Assembly: GCA_051294905.1 (NCBI GenBank)
Contig: CM119374.1
Span: 19,344,001-19,408,000, forward strand
Reading direction: 5' to 3'
DNA: 64,000 nucleotides
From: Botryllus schlosseri
Lineage: Eukaryota
Shown: piece by piece, positions 12,088 through 22,909 of the stretch
Position numbering within the stretch: the first letter of the stretch is position 1
Layout of the letters: every line of letters begins with the position of its first letter
The notes under the pieces: generated by a model
What the model was told of the DNA's origin: nothing
Database searches by the model: none
Seen by the model: the letters and a program-made list of their open reading frames with translations, nothing else
Program-made: the position numbers and the translations under genes

Positions 12088-12228
12088 ATCTAGACTGTTC
12101 AAAAAGACCCATTCGAATTTTCCCGATCAACTCCAGCGGGGTGCTGTTTTTTTGTGAGGTCTTTTCGTTTAACACACCCAGTATTCGCTGCACCAAGAAA
12201 ATCCATAGAGCCAGCGACATTTATAGAA
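12088..12228 (-). pseudogene. Major capsid protein, segment upstream of the MITE
   Basis: VAGSMDFLGAANTGCVKRKDLTK / NSTPLELIGKIRMGLFEQSR (frameshift in an A-run); joins CMLD after MITE removal. Confidence 0.82.
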
Positions 12229-12621
12229 TTAGGTGCGTGGTATAGAGCGAATTAACAGTCTTTGTATAACACTGATGATCCGTGTGAGTAGACTTGGATT
12301 GAAGTAAACTTTACAGGAATTCTGTAAGAAAGGGTGTCGTTCACAAGGTGTTATGATATACGTAAATTTTCTTCTTACCCAGTCACTTATCAAAGAACTG
12401 TAGTGAGTATTCAAGATGTCTGTTGTTAAATCTCTGTACACCGCAATGGAATGAATGTCACTTTTCATCGCCGCAACGCTTATGATACTAAAAACTCCAT
12501 TCTAATCGATGTCGTATGATCGAATCGAGTTAACCAATGCAGTGAAATCACACTTTCGAACACGGTTCACGTTTTGACCATGTACATAGAAATCTAGTAC
12601 TCTGTGGATGAATTTTTCCAT
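12229..12621 (-). pseudogene. Unassigned about 130-codon ORF with one internal stop, inside the viral relic
   Basis: ATG at 12621 (MEKFIHRVLDFYVHG...) is in frame with the 12229-12468 ORF, with a single TAG between. No family recognised. Confidence 0.35.
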
Positions 12622-14192
12622 TTCGCTTAAACTGGGAGTTGTTAAGTCATGATAGTACAGAAGATAATTCTCAATAATCGCGCTAGTTAGTTACCGTAAC
12701 GAATAACTGTAAAAATAACTGCGAAGTGAACCTCAATAAGGTGTGAAGCGCCGCGCGGTATCGAGAGGGAAAGGGTTATCACATAATAGAAATAAAAAGC
12801 GAGTCGCCTAAGCGTGCGAAAATGAACCCTAAAATAGATATCGCCGCGTGTAGTACTTTATTGATCCAAACATAATCCGCAGGTTGCGACAGTTAGATTG
12901 AGTTATAGCGAACGACGTATTTGGTGAGCTGAGTGTATTCCAGAGCAAGTCGACGGTTAACTACTTAATAGGCAAGTTATCTGGTATGACTACTTTGATT
13001 TATGAATATAATTTGTTATTCATTTATCCACCAGACACAACAACTGTGGAATTAAGACAAAGAATTGTGTCGGTGAGTTATTACTGTTCAGAACGATGGG
13101 AGCATGATGTAACGATTTTTGTTGTTGAACAGACAAAGCAAACTCAAGGATTAATAACAACACGCAAGCCTACTGGTGAGCAACGTTCCCTCTAAGCTGC
13201 GCACGTGCGCAAATGCGCAGTGCTGAAACGTTCTCTGCGCATAGAATCTTGGCTGCGCACAAAAAATCCGAAGTGATGACTTTTTTTATAGTCGTTGCGA
13301 ACTGTTGTCCAAGAGACCGCGCAGGCGCGCATACTTGTGAAAAATTAGAGGTAACATTGCCCGGGGCAAATACTGCTATCGCTCAAGTCTGAAACCGAGG
13401 TACAAGTGCTGCCCGCAAAGGTAGATATAAACGAGAATTTGCAATGATGTGCGCCTCACGAAAGAGATTTTTCTTCTAGTATGGTCCCGTACGCGTGAGC
13501 GATGCCGATACTGATATCATTTCAATAGCGCAATCTTTTCTGGGAATGGCGAAATAACATGGTTTGACAAAGTTATAAATAACAATGGGCTAGCTTGACG
13601 TTAATCTGCGAGAAACTAACGAATAGTCTTTTCCGCGTGGCATGAGCATTGCGTAAGATTTACTGTGCAATTACATGCCGTGAATTTTCGAAGTCATCAC
13701 TTCCATCAGGCGAATCTGATCACGTATGGTGAGATATGATAATATACATAATATGCAAGTACAAGCACCGATATTGTTTAAAAAATCGATCCCTTTGCAA
13801 ACGTTGGTCGGGAAATTCTACAACTTTGCACTGAAGGGCGTTGAATTACATCAGCTTCTTAGCAGCACAAATTTTGGTTTTATTCGATTCGTTCAACAGG
13901 AATCATCCGTCGATAAGGTCATACGCTGATATTGTTCTTGCTTCAGTCAGGCTTGAATATTCGTATCATTAAATCTGATAGTAAAATCATTATGTCTTGA
14001 TAGTAATGACCGCATATTGCCGGCAGTGTTTTAACGCGGTAGGCCTACATCGGCCGCTTTATTGATTTGAAGTGCGTTCTCGTGCGTGTATGTCGTCTAC
14101 TAGTAATCTATATAACAGCTTACGTCACCATTTACACGGGTTTATTGTGACGTCACAGATGATCGCACAAAATTCCGAATCGCCGTCTACAG

Positions 14193-15429
14193 CAGTGCTC
14201 TTCAACCGGGGTTGTCGTACACCCTATAGGGTGTACCAGAATTTGCAAAGGGTGTACCACTCGGATGGGGTGTACAGGGGTGTACCAGATCCGAATCACA
14301 ATGAGCCGATGGTTAGTTATCACAAAGACAGGTTTATGGGTCAGTACAGGTTGACGCACAGGTTAATGAGCAATATGGTACGATGTTATCACAAGTGTAA
14401 TACTGTACACCGCTTGATTGTGATGTCATAACCAAATATTTATTCTCTTCATTTAGTCGTCGGCAATAGACCAATGGTTCCATTTGGTGTTGGATAGTAT
14501 GCAGTTACTGTTCAGCTAGTCATTTGTCTTTTAGTGATTTTTGAGGAAACCGCCGCGATAGCTCAGACTTTTTGAATCTGTACTTCCTACCCGACGTTAA
14601 TAAATACCGCAATGCACATAAATGAAGTGACGTAGCCAGCCAGGATCGAAACAGCTTCCATGTTGAAATCGAAACCCTTTTGTTTTAAAATGCCGATTGT
14701 ATGTCCAATATTTCGCCATACATTTGCAATTTAGTATTTTGTTATTAGTGATGTAAATCAGCGACAATAGACTGTGTATAGCGGCATACGATCTGAGGTT
14801 ACTGGCATCTCTTGCAGCCCATGTGCTATTATCGACTGTGTGTGGGGCAGGCCTGATACGCAGTTGGCTGGTGCGCCTGCTATCATCGCTGATCTGAATT
14901 ACCGCTTCTGCAGCAGTAGCTTTACCTACTCTCTCCCCAATACTGTTACATTTAGGTTGATTATCGTTCGTAATGTCATGCTGTTCTTGCTCAGATTCCA
15001 ATTTGTGTGGCGGGGGGCCTAACTGGCTGCGAATAGACTCTGTGACCAAATACTATTTTATTCAAATCCAAATTTTTTGACGGCAATAACTCCGCTTCTA
15101 CTGGTCGGAATTGAACCAAATTTGATGAACATCGTTTTTATAGACAGCCTAATACTTTCATGGGGTGAACAGAAAAATTTCAAATTTTTCGTTATTTATT
15201 TTTATATAATAAATAGAAACTTTCTTCTCCCGTAGAAAGGCGACTACTGGTTGGAATTGAACCAAATTTGGTGTGTAGGCTTAAGTTAGGTAACCTAACA
15301 ATTTTATCAAGTAGCCAGTACGATTTGAGAAATAAAGTCATTTTTGAAGACCCCTGATGAACAGGGGTGTACGAGTTTTGAGTAAACGTTAAAAGGGTGT
15401 ACCACGTCGAAAAAGGTTGAAGAGCACTG
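14193..15429 (+). mobile_element. hAT MITE nested in 13181-16813
   Basis: TIR CAGTGCTCTTCAACC / GGTTGAAGAGCACTG with perfect TSD GTCTACAG. Subterminal GGGTGTAC repeats. Confidence 0.92.
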
Positions 15430-15560
15430 GTCTACAGTACTTGCGATTACAGGCGACCATTTGTGTCGCCACAAATGTTTTGGCTATAGCTGTTTGCCTG
15501 TGTGGCCAACGTTGAGTGAATATTCGCTAATTGTGCACTGTTTACCGACCGCCTTTAATA

Positions 15561-15825
15561 ATGGCAAAACGAATGGGTAGTTTCACATCTCCTCACCTAG
15601 CCAAATTAGCAAAAAAGTGCGATTCGTTGTCGGGGCATGTGAAAACGGACGAAAAAACTGTAAAATTAGGTGAGAATTTTTCTTTTTCGAGCGATAAAGG
15701 TGTGCTCTGCAAAATATGTAGAGAAGCAAAATATGGAAAAGAACAGCATTCATTTCTTCAGAAAGCCACCGCACTAGAACTGTAGTCAAAACACCCTCAA
15801 AATATGCACCACAGAACACGTGCGA
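15561..15825 (+). pseudogene. Relic of a hAT transposase N-terminal zinc-finger (TTF-type-like)
   Basis: ...FSSDKGVLCKICREAK...KATALEL*SKHPQNMHHR: C-x2-C...H-x4-H spacing, broken by a stop. It lies inside a hAT-ended element. Confidence 0.45.
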
Positions 15826-16821
15826 CATCCATGATGTCGAGGTTTATAGCAATTGCGGGTGAATGCTTCTTAACCCTTAGCGACACCACAGAGTCGCACG
15901 TATGCTATGGTGCATATCCCGAAAATATTTCAGCAGAAGCCTAAACGCGACGGCGTTCTGATAAAAAAAAATGCCCTCAATGGCTTAACTTCAAGTCGAG
16001 ACCACATCGTGTTTTGAGCGTAGTTCCCCATCTTCACTTATAATGTGATTATCTGGTGTAATGCAATAAAACTAAATGTAAATGCTGTATTTTGATTCTA
16101 TCAATGAATCATGTGACTCGAATGGATACACGCACGTCTGGTGTTACGCACAGGACCGTAACTGCCGCACCCCAAACTCCCCAATGGGGCACCCCGAGCT
16201 CGAAGGGGAACCAAAATTATTTCGTGAATAAACAGAAATCATGGAGTAATTTTTAGGAAATTTATGCAACTTTTTCAAAGAAGAAATAACAATTTGAAAT
16301 CGTGTAGGCCTACGTCTTAGTTTAGACTTTAGTACGTTTGGGCGATTTCAATAACTTTTGACACAGCAGATAGGAGGACACGAAAGAGCATCATGTACCG
16401 AAGTCATTACCAACGGGTACGCCCGAAGATATTTGATTATTATTTAAGGGTCCTACCTTTTCCAGCACACCTTACTCGATCCGCTCTACCGGTAAATCTG
16501 GTTACGTGAGCAGAGAGAGGATTAAAATTGATAGCAATATATGTGCAATTCCCGATCATATTGACCGATTCAATCATTAATTATATATAATATTCTCGCT
16601 TCGCGCGTCCAGGCTATACACCCACCAAGCGGACGCCCAATATAGATGAAAAGTAGCGGCAAAAAGCGTAAGGGCCGAGGGGGGTCTGGGGGCAGATCCC
16701 CCAGAAATTAGGCTTATCACCATATGAGGTACCAGGTTGCGCACTGTTGTCTATGGGCCTGCGCAGTGAGTTGGCGTGTTTGCGCAGACTCGTCTAAATT
16801 AGAGGGAACATTGCTGGTGAG

Positions 16822-17193
16822 TTATCTGGTATAACACTATGTGATCATCATTCTGTCCATCGTCATTATAACAAGACAGGGGATGGCTATGGATATTTTA
16901 GTGGTGGAGTTCAAGCCGGTTCCGGTATTGGGAGTTTGTTTAAATCACTTGGTCGTTTAGTGACACCTATTGCGAAATACGCCGGTGGCCAATTGTTACG
17001 GACTGGAGGTGAAATAGCGAGAGATCTATTACAGGGTAACTATATCAAGTCTAGTGTTATCAAGAGAAGTGAACAAGCTGGTGGTCGAGTGATTGATAAA
17101 ATTTTAACCCCCAAGGCTATAAAAAGGAAAAAACCAAAGTCAAAGAACACTTCATCCAAACGTCGTCGTAAACAACAGGATATATTCGACTAA
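16822..17193 (+). pseudogene. Small basic core/membrane-active type protein of the kind found immediately upstream of the MCP in Polintons/adintoviruses; native start codon not evident
   Basis: LCDHHSVHRHYNKTGDGYGYFSGGVQAGSGIGSLFKSLGRLVTPIAKYAGGQLLRTGGEIARDLLQG...KRRRKQQDIFD*. Q.G.G.GS.F motif, amphipathic helix and K/R-rich tail; ends 6 nt before the MCP ATG. Confidence 0.75.
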
Positions 17194-17199
17194 AGAATT

Positions 17200-17445
17200 A
17201 TGTTGATGCACGCGGGTTCCAGAGAATGTCATAACACCGGATTAAACATATTTAGTATACCCCACACGCAAACCAGTATTGACGAATCACAATATGTCGT
17301 CGTCAAACCCCATAGTTTAGGTAATGTCATGGAAGTACAATTACCAAGGACGGATCGATATATGGATCAACAAAACACATTCATGAGATTACGTTTGAAG
17401 CTCACTAAACACGATGGAACTGATGCCATTCAAGCATATGCGACT
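17200..17445 (+). pseudogene. Polinton/adintovirus major capsid protein N-terminus (opposite strand to the C-terminal pieces)
   Basis: MLMHAGSRECHNTGLNIFSIPHTQTSIDESQYVVVKP...RYMD...FMRLRLKLTKHDGT matches the typical MCP start (S.EC...L..F..P.TQTSI). Cut off next to a hAT end at about 17463. Confidence 0.88.
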
Positions 17446-17673
17446 AAGCGAAGCGCTCTAAGATAGTGGTTCCCAACCCTTTTTTAGACACGCCCCCCTT
17501 TATAATAGTGAAAATTTCGCGCCCCCTTATCGCCATATCACAAAATCCAACCGGGGTGCTTGCAGGCTCAACAGATTGTTTGATGGCATGGAAGGTTATG
17601 ACTGTTGATGAGAGTATTAAAAAATATGAAATTCGGTCTATATATGGAGAAACATAATCTAGTACGTTTCTAG

Positions 17674-17711
17674 TATGAAGTTGTCCCCGATTCTACCCCA
17701 TTATCTACGAC
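17674..17711 (+). CDS. Possible small upstream exon of the ZYG11-like gene
   Basis: TTTCTAG acceptor, GTAAGT donor and an open frame (MKLSPILPHYLR) phase-compatible with the 17781 exon. Homology is weak. Confidence 0.35.
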
Positions 17712-17780
17712 GTAAGTAACGTTATAAATTTCTACTGAAGTATACCAGTACAAGTAACGACAGCGATGGATTTGTTTCAG

Positions 17781-17929
17781 GGGGAATCAAAGACATAATT
17801 TTCTTGACTTTTTTTGCGAGCCATTCCCGGCTGATTTTTCTTGGATTGTTGCTAATGTCGGAGGACGTGCAGGGCATGCTGTATTGTTCCGACGACCAGG
17901 ACAATGAAGATTCGGCCCCGCGAGACACG
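17781..17929 (+). CDS. ZYG11: ZYG11-family protein exon (GIKDIIFLTFFASHSRLIFLGLL...)
   Basis: TTTCAG acceptor; aligns by eye to the vertebrate ZYG11B segment ...EAFIQQRPSMQFVGLL. Confidence 0.75.
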
Positions 17930-18001
17930 GTGACCGGTTTCTTTGACTCGACTTTGCCTGTACGCTGTTTTTTCAAGTCCTAATCTGATAACTCCCGGCA
18001 G

Positions 18002-18142
18002 GTGTCTGGCAATTGTTCCGAGATTCAGATCATCGAATCACTGACTCGATACCACCGGAGGCCGATATTTGCGAAGGAAGCTCTCTACGCCCTGTTTACC
18101 CACACACAGCACGCGCCACAATATAACAAGCACCAGCTAGAA
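18002..18142 (+). CDS. ZYG11: ZYG11-family exon (VSGNCSEIQIIESLTRYHRRPIFAKEALYALF...)
   Basis: GGCAG / GTGAGT splice sites; matches ZYG11B VSGEANETQIAEALKRY...REALFHLF. Confidence 0.9.
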
Positions 18143-18190
18143 GTGAGTTACGACTCTGATTTTTTACATTATTTCGTCCTGCCACATTAC

Positions 18191-18452
18191 CGAGCGAGAT
18201 AGTTATAAATAGTTATGCATCCGGCTTCTCAAGCGGTAGGTCGTGGGTTCGATCCCTGGCCGGGTCATACCAAAGACTCGAAAATTGGTATCCGCAGCTA
18301 TCCTGCTAGGCGCTCAGCAATCACGGATAGCATGGAGGAGGAAAAAAACCGGGGGCGCAGACTTAGATGACACCATGGGGCCGTATCGCAACTCCGTCGT
18401 CAAAGCATCTCGATGGTGCAGGCGAAAAACAATACCATATCTCTCTCTCTCT
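18191..18452 (+). mobile_element. Second copy of the tRNA-derived SINE, in a ZYG11 intron
   Basis: High identity to 11322-11590, including the B-box and (CT)n tail. Confidence 0.88.
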
Positions 18453-18498
18453 ATTCGAGCCCGGCCGATTATTATCGGATTATTATCCGATTATTATC

Positions 18499-19270
18499 TT
18501 GGTATCAAGTCACTACCATCGAGTCACAACTAATTGCACATTTTGACTCGAGTCGAGTCAAGTCAAGTCAAGTCAATCGATTTTTGAAGGTGACTCGAGT
18601 CAAGTCACTCGTTTTTGTCAAGTCAAGTCAAGTGACTCGTGTATAGTCAAGTCAAGTCACGAATAGGGCTGGGCATAATGACTCGAGTACTCGAATCTGA
18701 ATCGAGTAGTAATTTTAATGATTCGAGTCGAGTAGTAAACGATGATTATTTTCGAGTACTGAAATTATAAGCTCCTCGCAACTGACAGTCATTTATCGAC
18801 GATAATTTTTATCGACGATAATTTTTATCGACGATAATTATAGTTTCGGTACTATTTTCCACTGTGCAAGCCTTGAAACCTTAATTGGCCATATCTCAGC
18901 GTACGAAACGTACAGTACAAAGCTACTAACGTTACTGGAAATAACACATTTCCGCAAGTCCTGACCATCCCACAACATTGCCACAAAGTGCAATGAAATC
19001 GGTATGGCCGAAAAAATACCAAAGTAACTTTAGGCCTACTGTAATGGATTACAGGCATTATATTCTTTCGGGTGGCATGAAAGGTACATATTTGAAATCT
19101 TCCATTCTGTTATGACGCCATAATGAGTGATACTCGAATACTCGAGACGAAGAATAATACGTGATTCAGAATCGAATCACTCAGGTAAGCCTACTCGATT
19201 TTGCCCAGCCCAAATCACGAGTCAAGTCACGATTCAAGGCAAATTCAATTTTCGAAGTATTCATGATGAT
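18499..19270 (+). mobile_element. GACTCGAGTCAAGTC-repeat MITE, interrupted by a TAGGGCTGGG-ended element (18664-19210)
   Basis: Same family as 40613-41445 and 45959-46901. The nested element has ends TAGGGCTGGGCA / TGCCCAGCCC and a degenerate TSD. Confidence 0.65.
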
Positions 19271-19429
19271 TCTAATATGGGTGAAAGACAGCTTTATTGA
19301 TCATTTATCCTGTATGCATGTATGCATCTATAGGGGGAGGGGTGCTTCTCGGCCTTTTGTACCATGTCTGTCTAGTGTTTATTCATAGAACTATCCGTCC
19401 ATATAGTGAACAAAACAACGTAACATGTG

Positions 19430-20880
19430 ATTGTACCGTGGAAGGACTTTTCAATGGCGAGCTAAACGAAAGTGGAATATTGTGGAGATTGCATGATGTA
19501 ACAAAATGCTCAAGCGTATCTGGTTGATTGCATGTGTCACACAGTCTCGTTTCATGAAGCAAAGTCTGTGCAGATGAGCGTTTAGTCTACAATGCCCGTT
19601 TGCATTCGAATGCGAATAGACGACTCTCTACGTCTACGAGAAAGCGACGGCATAGTCGTGTGATCATCGATACTTGAAAAAATTCGTCGATATTACGACT
19701 TGCGAGTCAATGTCCATTTGATTCCAGTGATTAACCCATTGGGTTTTGCAGAATTTATGAATTAGGGAATTTGCTTCATTCGTAGATATATCCTGCTTTT
19801 CCATGTTGGCTGATAGATCATTCGCTGTGTCTCGCACAGGTTGATCAGCTGTCTCGTTGAAACCAACATTCTTGTGTCCAGGGATCCATACCATCGAAAC
19901 TGCTTTCTTCTTGAAGACCGCGTCGTTGTTCCGTTCTTGCGTATCTAACGACGATGCTGTTCGTTGTGTTACACATGTTGATTGCTGTCAGGGCGCTTTC
20001 GCTGTCTGAAAAAAAATCGTGATATTAGAATTTGGCAAGCATTTTACTGTAATCCAGTCCAACACCGCTCTTATTGCAATAAGCTCTGCTGAAAATATAG
20101 ACAATGGCTGGTGAGTTTCCTGCAGGGCAAGTACACCAGGTTTTCCATCAAGTCATCCTATGAAATATTTTAATACCGGGATATTTCCATAAATGCTCCT
20201 ACAATTCCATTGAAGTATTTTTAATTTACCTCTGAAGGTGAAGTTTGTGTGAGGTCCATTATTGTATATACACGTCAGTAAGTAGTTTGTGGCGAAACAT
20301 GTCCGCAGTGTTGATCGATGCTCAAGGTTTCTTCTCGATTTAGTTGCAATCCGGGAAGTACTCTTCCAAGTTATTTCTTTGCGGTCTCCGATATGACCTT
20401 TTCTGTGTCAATTTCCTGTAGCCGAATTGTGAAGGCCGTGTGTATTACCGTTCGCAGAGGGCCTGGGTTTAAAAATCGAAACCCGGTCCTTTTGAAACGC
20501 CAATTCTATCTCCAATTACTGGTATTCCATGAAACAATAGGGTTTTTCCGGGGGTTAAGACACACAGTCAACTCATACATATAATTTGTGATGATACGCC
20601 TGTCTTGGCAATTATTGGTTGCAGGTAAATACACCTGATCAGTAGTCGAATTATAACTGTTGGGGCTGCACGTCGTGTGCAGTGGCGCATACAGGGGAGG
20701 TCGTGATTCGAAATTGAAGCCCAGTCTGTCTGAAATGCTAATTCTATCTTCAATATTTATAAGCTCATTTGTAATCAAGCAATTGGTAACACGCAGTTTC
20801 GGCCTAACAATACAGCGTCACTTTCCAAGGTTAAACCTCACATTTCTGAGCTGGTAACTTAAATGGAACAGCAGATTTGC
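19430..20880 (-). mobile_element. Internally deleted RNase H-containing non-LTR retrotransposon (I-group-like)
   Basis: Minus strand: KLKILQWNCRSIYGN...GVLALQETH (APE endonuclease start) runs in frame into LSIFSAELIAI...SDSESAL...WIPGHKNVGFNETAD (RNase H), then GHCRLNAHLHRL...CDTCNQPDTLEHFVTSC (CCHC finger). Stops and frameshifts are present. The ORF1 assignment of 20270-20880 is tentative. Confidence 0.85.
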
Positions 20881-21556
20881 CATGAATATTCATTATAATA
20901 TTTTCGTTTGTGTGGATATCATATGTAAATGTTTTTTCTTCTTTCTCTTAGCACTCTGTTGATGCACAGTTCATTTTGCGTACCATCAATCTAAAGCAGG
21001 GCCTCTCAAAGGGTGGGCCACAGGAGTAATTTGAGGTGGGCCACAGAGCTATTTGGAAATTTGTAGATTGGCGAATGTCAAGTTAATTTGTTAGATCTCC
21101 AGAAATATATTCATATTATCGAATTATACGTATTATACATAAAGCTTTTCATCCGACTCTGATGAGACTTAGTGTACGGTTGCCATACGTCCGGAATTTG
21201 AGTGTGCTAACTAGCGTCCGAGAGGAAATCCTAAAATATGCATAAATGTCCGGAATATTGATGGCCTGAAGACGGCGCAAAATTCTTTCCTGAATCAAAA
21301 TAATACAATAACATTTTTAGTTCAAAATTATGATACTTGGAATTTTTTTCGCGCTGCGCGCGATTTAGCGTCATGTTTCGATCCATATTGATCTTGATAT
21401 GGGTATCCCTCCCTCGCAAAAATAAAATCAAAATGGCCATCATTTTCAGAAATAAGACTACCGTAATTTTCGGAATATAGTGCGCCCCCATGTATAATAC
21501 GCACCCTTAAAATGACGTGTATATTCTGGGGAAAAGCCTGTACCCATGTATAGCAC

Positions 21557-22909
21557 CAGAGGTGGTCAAAGTAGTCAAGAAAGCTACTCAAGTAGAAGTA
21601 GAAGTAGCGACGAAAAAATCTACTCAAGTACGAGTAGAAGTACTTCTTCCATAAGCAAGGTAAATCTACTTGAAGTAGAAGTAGAATTGATTGACTTTAA
21701 AAGTACTCAAGTAAGTAAGTAGTTGTGAAAACGATCCTAATTCGTCCACATGGATTGTAAAATGGTGCAAATTGAGCTAAGCGAAAGGTGACGAGCTTGA
21801 TTCATATTGATGCATACCAGCAGGTATCCAATTTTCGATAGCATAAGCATTCGTCCACATCATGGGAAGAAAATGATAGAATTGATATGGAAATGCGATA
21901 CGTATCCTCTGTTTTCTCGAACAGCACGTTTTAGAAAATAGCATGGTATGGCGCCATCCCCCATATTATGAAGTCCGTAGTTTAGTCGAAGAGCAATACG
22001 AAGAAGTTGTCTAGGATACGGTGTAAACACTTTGCGCGATTAGTAAACGTTAAATAATATGGTGGTGGTGGACCGTAAAAATGCGATATTGTGTAGCTTT
22101 ATTTCCGGAAATTAAAGGCATTACTATACACTTGCTTTTATAGCCTACTTCAACATGCATGTTATCCAGACAAAATACTGATTTTAATTATAACTCAAAG
22201 TATGATACTGGGAATTGAAAATGGAACATAAATACTACTTTTAAAAGCGGAACACGTTTTTCATGTCTTTAGTCCAGAAAATTTCAAAGGTGGTATGCTA
22301 AAACAGCTCTAAAACTAACAAAAAAATGTCAGAGTCCACTTTTCCAGGTTAGGACGCACCACGAACATGCTAGATTACGATATGACAATTAAATGCTAGA
22401 TTGCGAAACATCAGTTTCAAACGTTTTGATGATTCGTATATACCGTGATGAATTATTTCATATGGGCGAAGGGGGATAATGTGGTGTAAACGCAGGGATA
22501 TCTAGATATCTAATTCTAGATATCCCTGTGTGAACGAAACCACGCCAACCCGCTACCTAAAATATATTCATCGATACTTCCGTGAAATCATACTGGTAAC
22601 TCCGTATATCCATCACTGCGCGCAAAGCACGACAAAAATTCTGGGCTTTACTCAATTTTTATGAAAATTAAATGTTGATACTCCGTGAAAACAGCCCCGA
22701 AATTCCTCAGGCTATCTTCCTGATTGAAAGATTGAACTACTTCTACTTGACAAACTGAAAATAGCGAAAAGTAAGTAAGTAGATCACCATATATTACGAA
22801 GTAGAAGTAGAAGTAGCGAATCAGATGTACTTGAGTAAGTACCAGAAGTAGAGGATAACTACTTGAGTACTTCGAAAAAGTATAAGTACTTCGTTACTGA
22901 CCACCTCTG
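21557..22909 (+). mobile_element. hAT MITE with AGTAGAAGT/CTACTCAAGT subterminal repeats, nested in the pogo-type MITE
   Basis: TIR CAGAGGTGGTCA / TGACCACCTCTG with perfect TSD TATAGCAC. Related fragments at about 25545-25680, 31040-31100 and 33985-34040. Confidence 0.9.
22493..22528. mobile_element. 36-bp hairpin mini-element
   Basis: CAGGGATATCTAGA-tatctaat-TCTAGATATCCCTG, flanked by TGTAAACG / TGTGAACG. Confidence 0.7.

Larger units (their letters stand above)
13181..16813 (+). mobile_element. 3.6-kb hAT-type element (CAAYGTTCCCTCTAA ends) splitting the viral core-protein region
   Basis: Left TIR CAACGTTCCCTCTAA and right TTAGAGGGAACATTG, with perfect 8-bp TSD CTGGTGAG (13173-13180 and 16814-16821). 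An extra internal right end at 13345-13359. Another left end of this family lies at 4397. Confidence 0.82.

Noticed and set aside
7000-17500. Polinton DNA polymerase B, retroviral-like integrase, packaging ATPase and penton genes
   Set aside because: Looked for and not recognised in any frame; only the core/MCP/protease module is supported.
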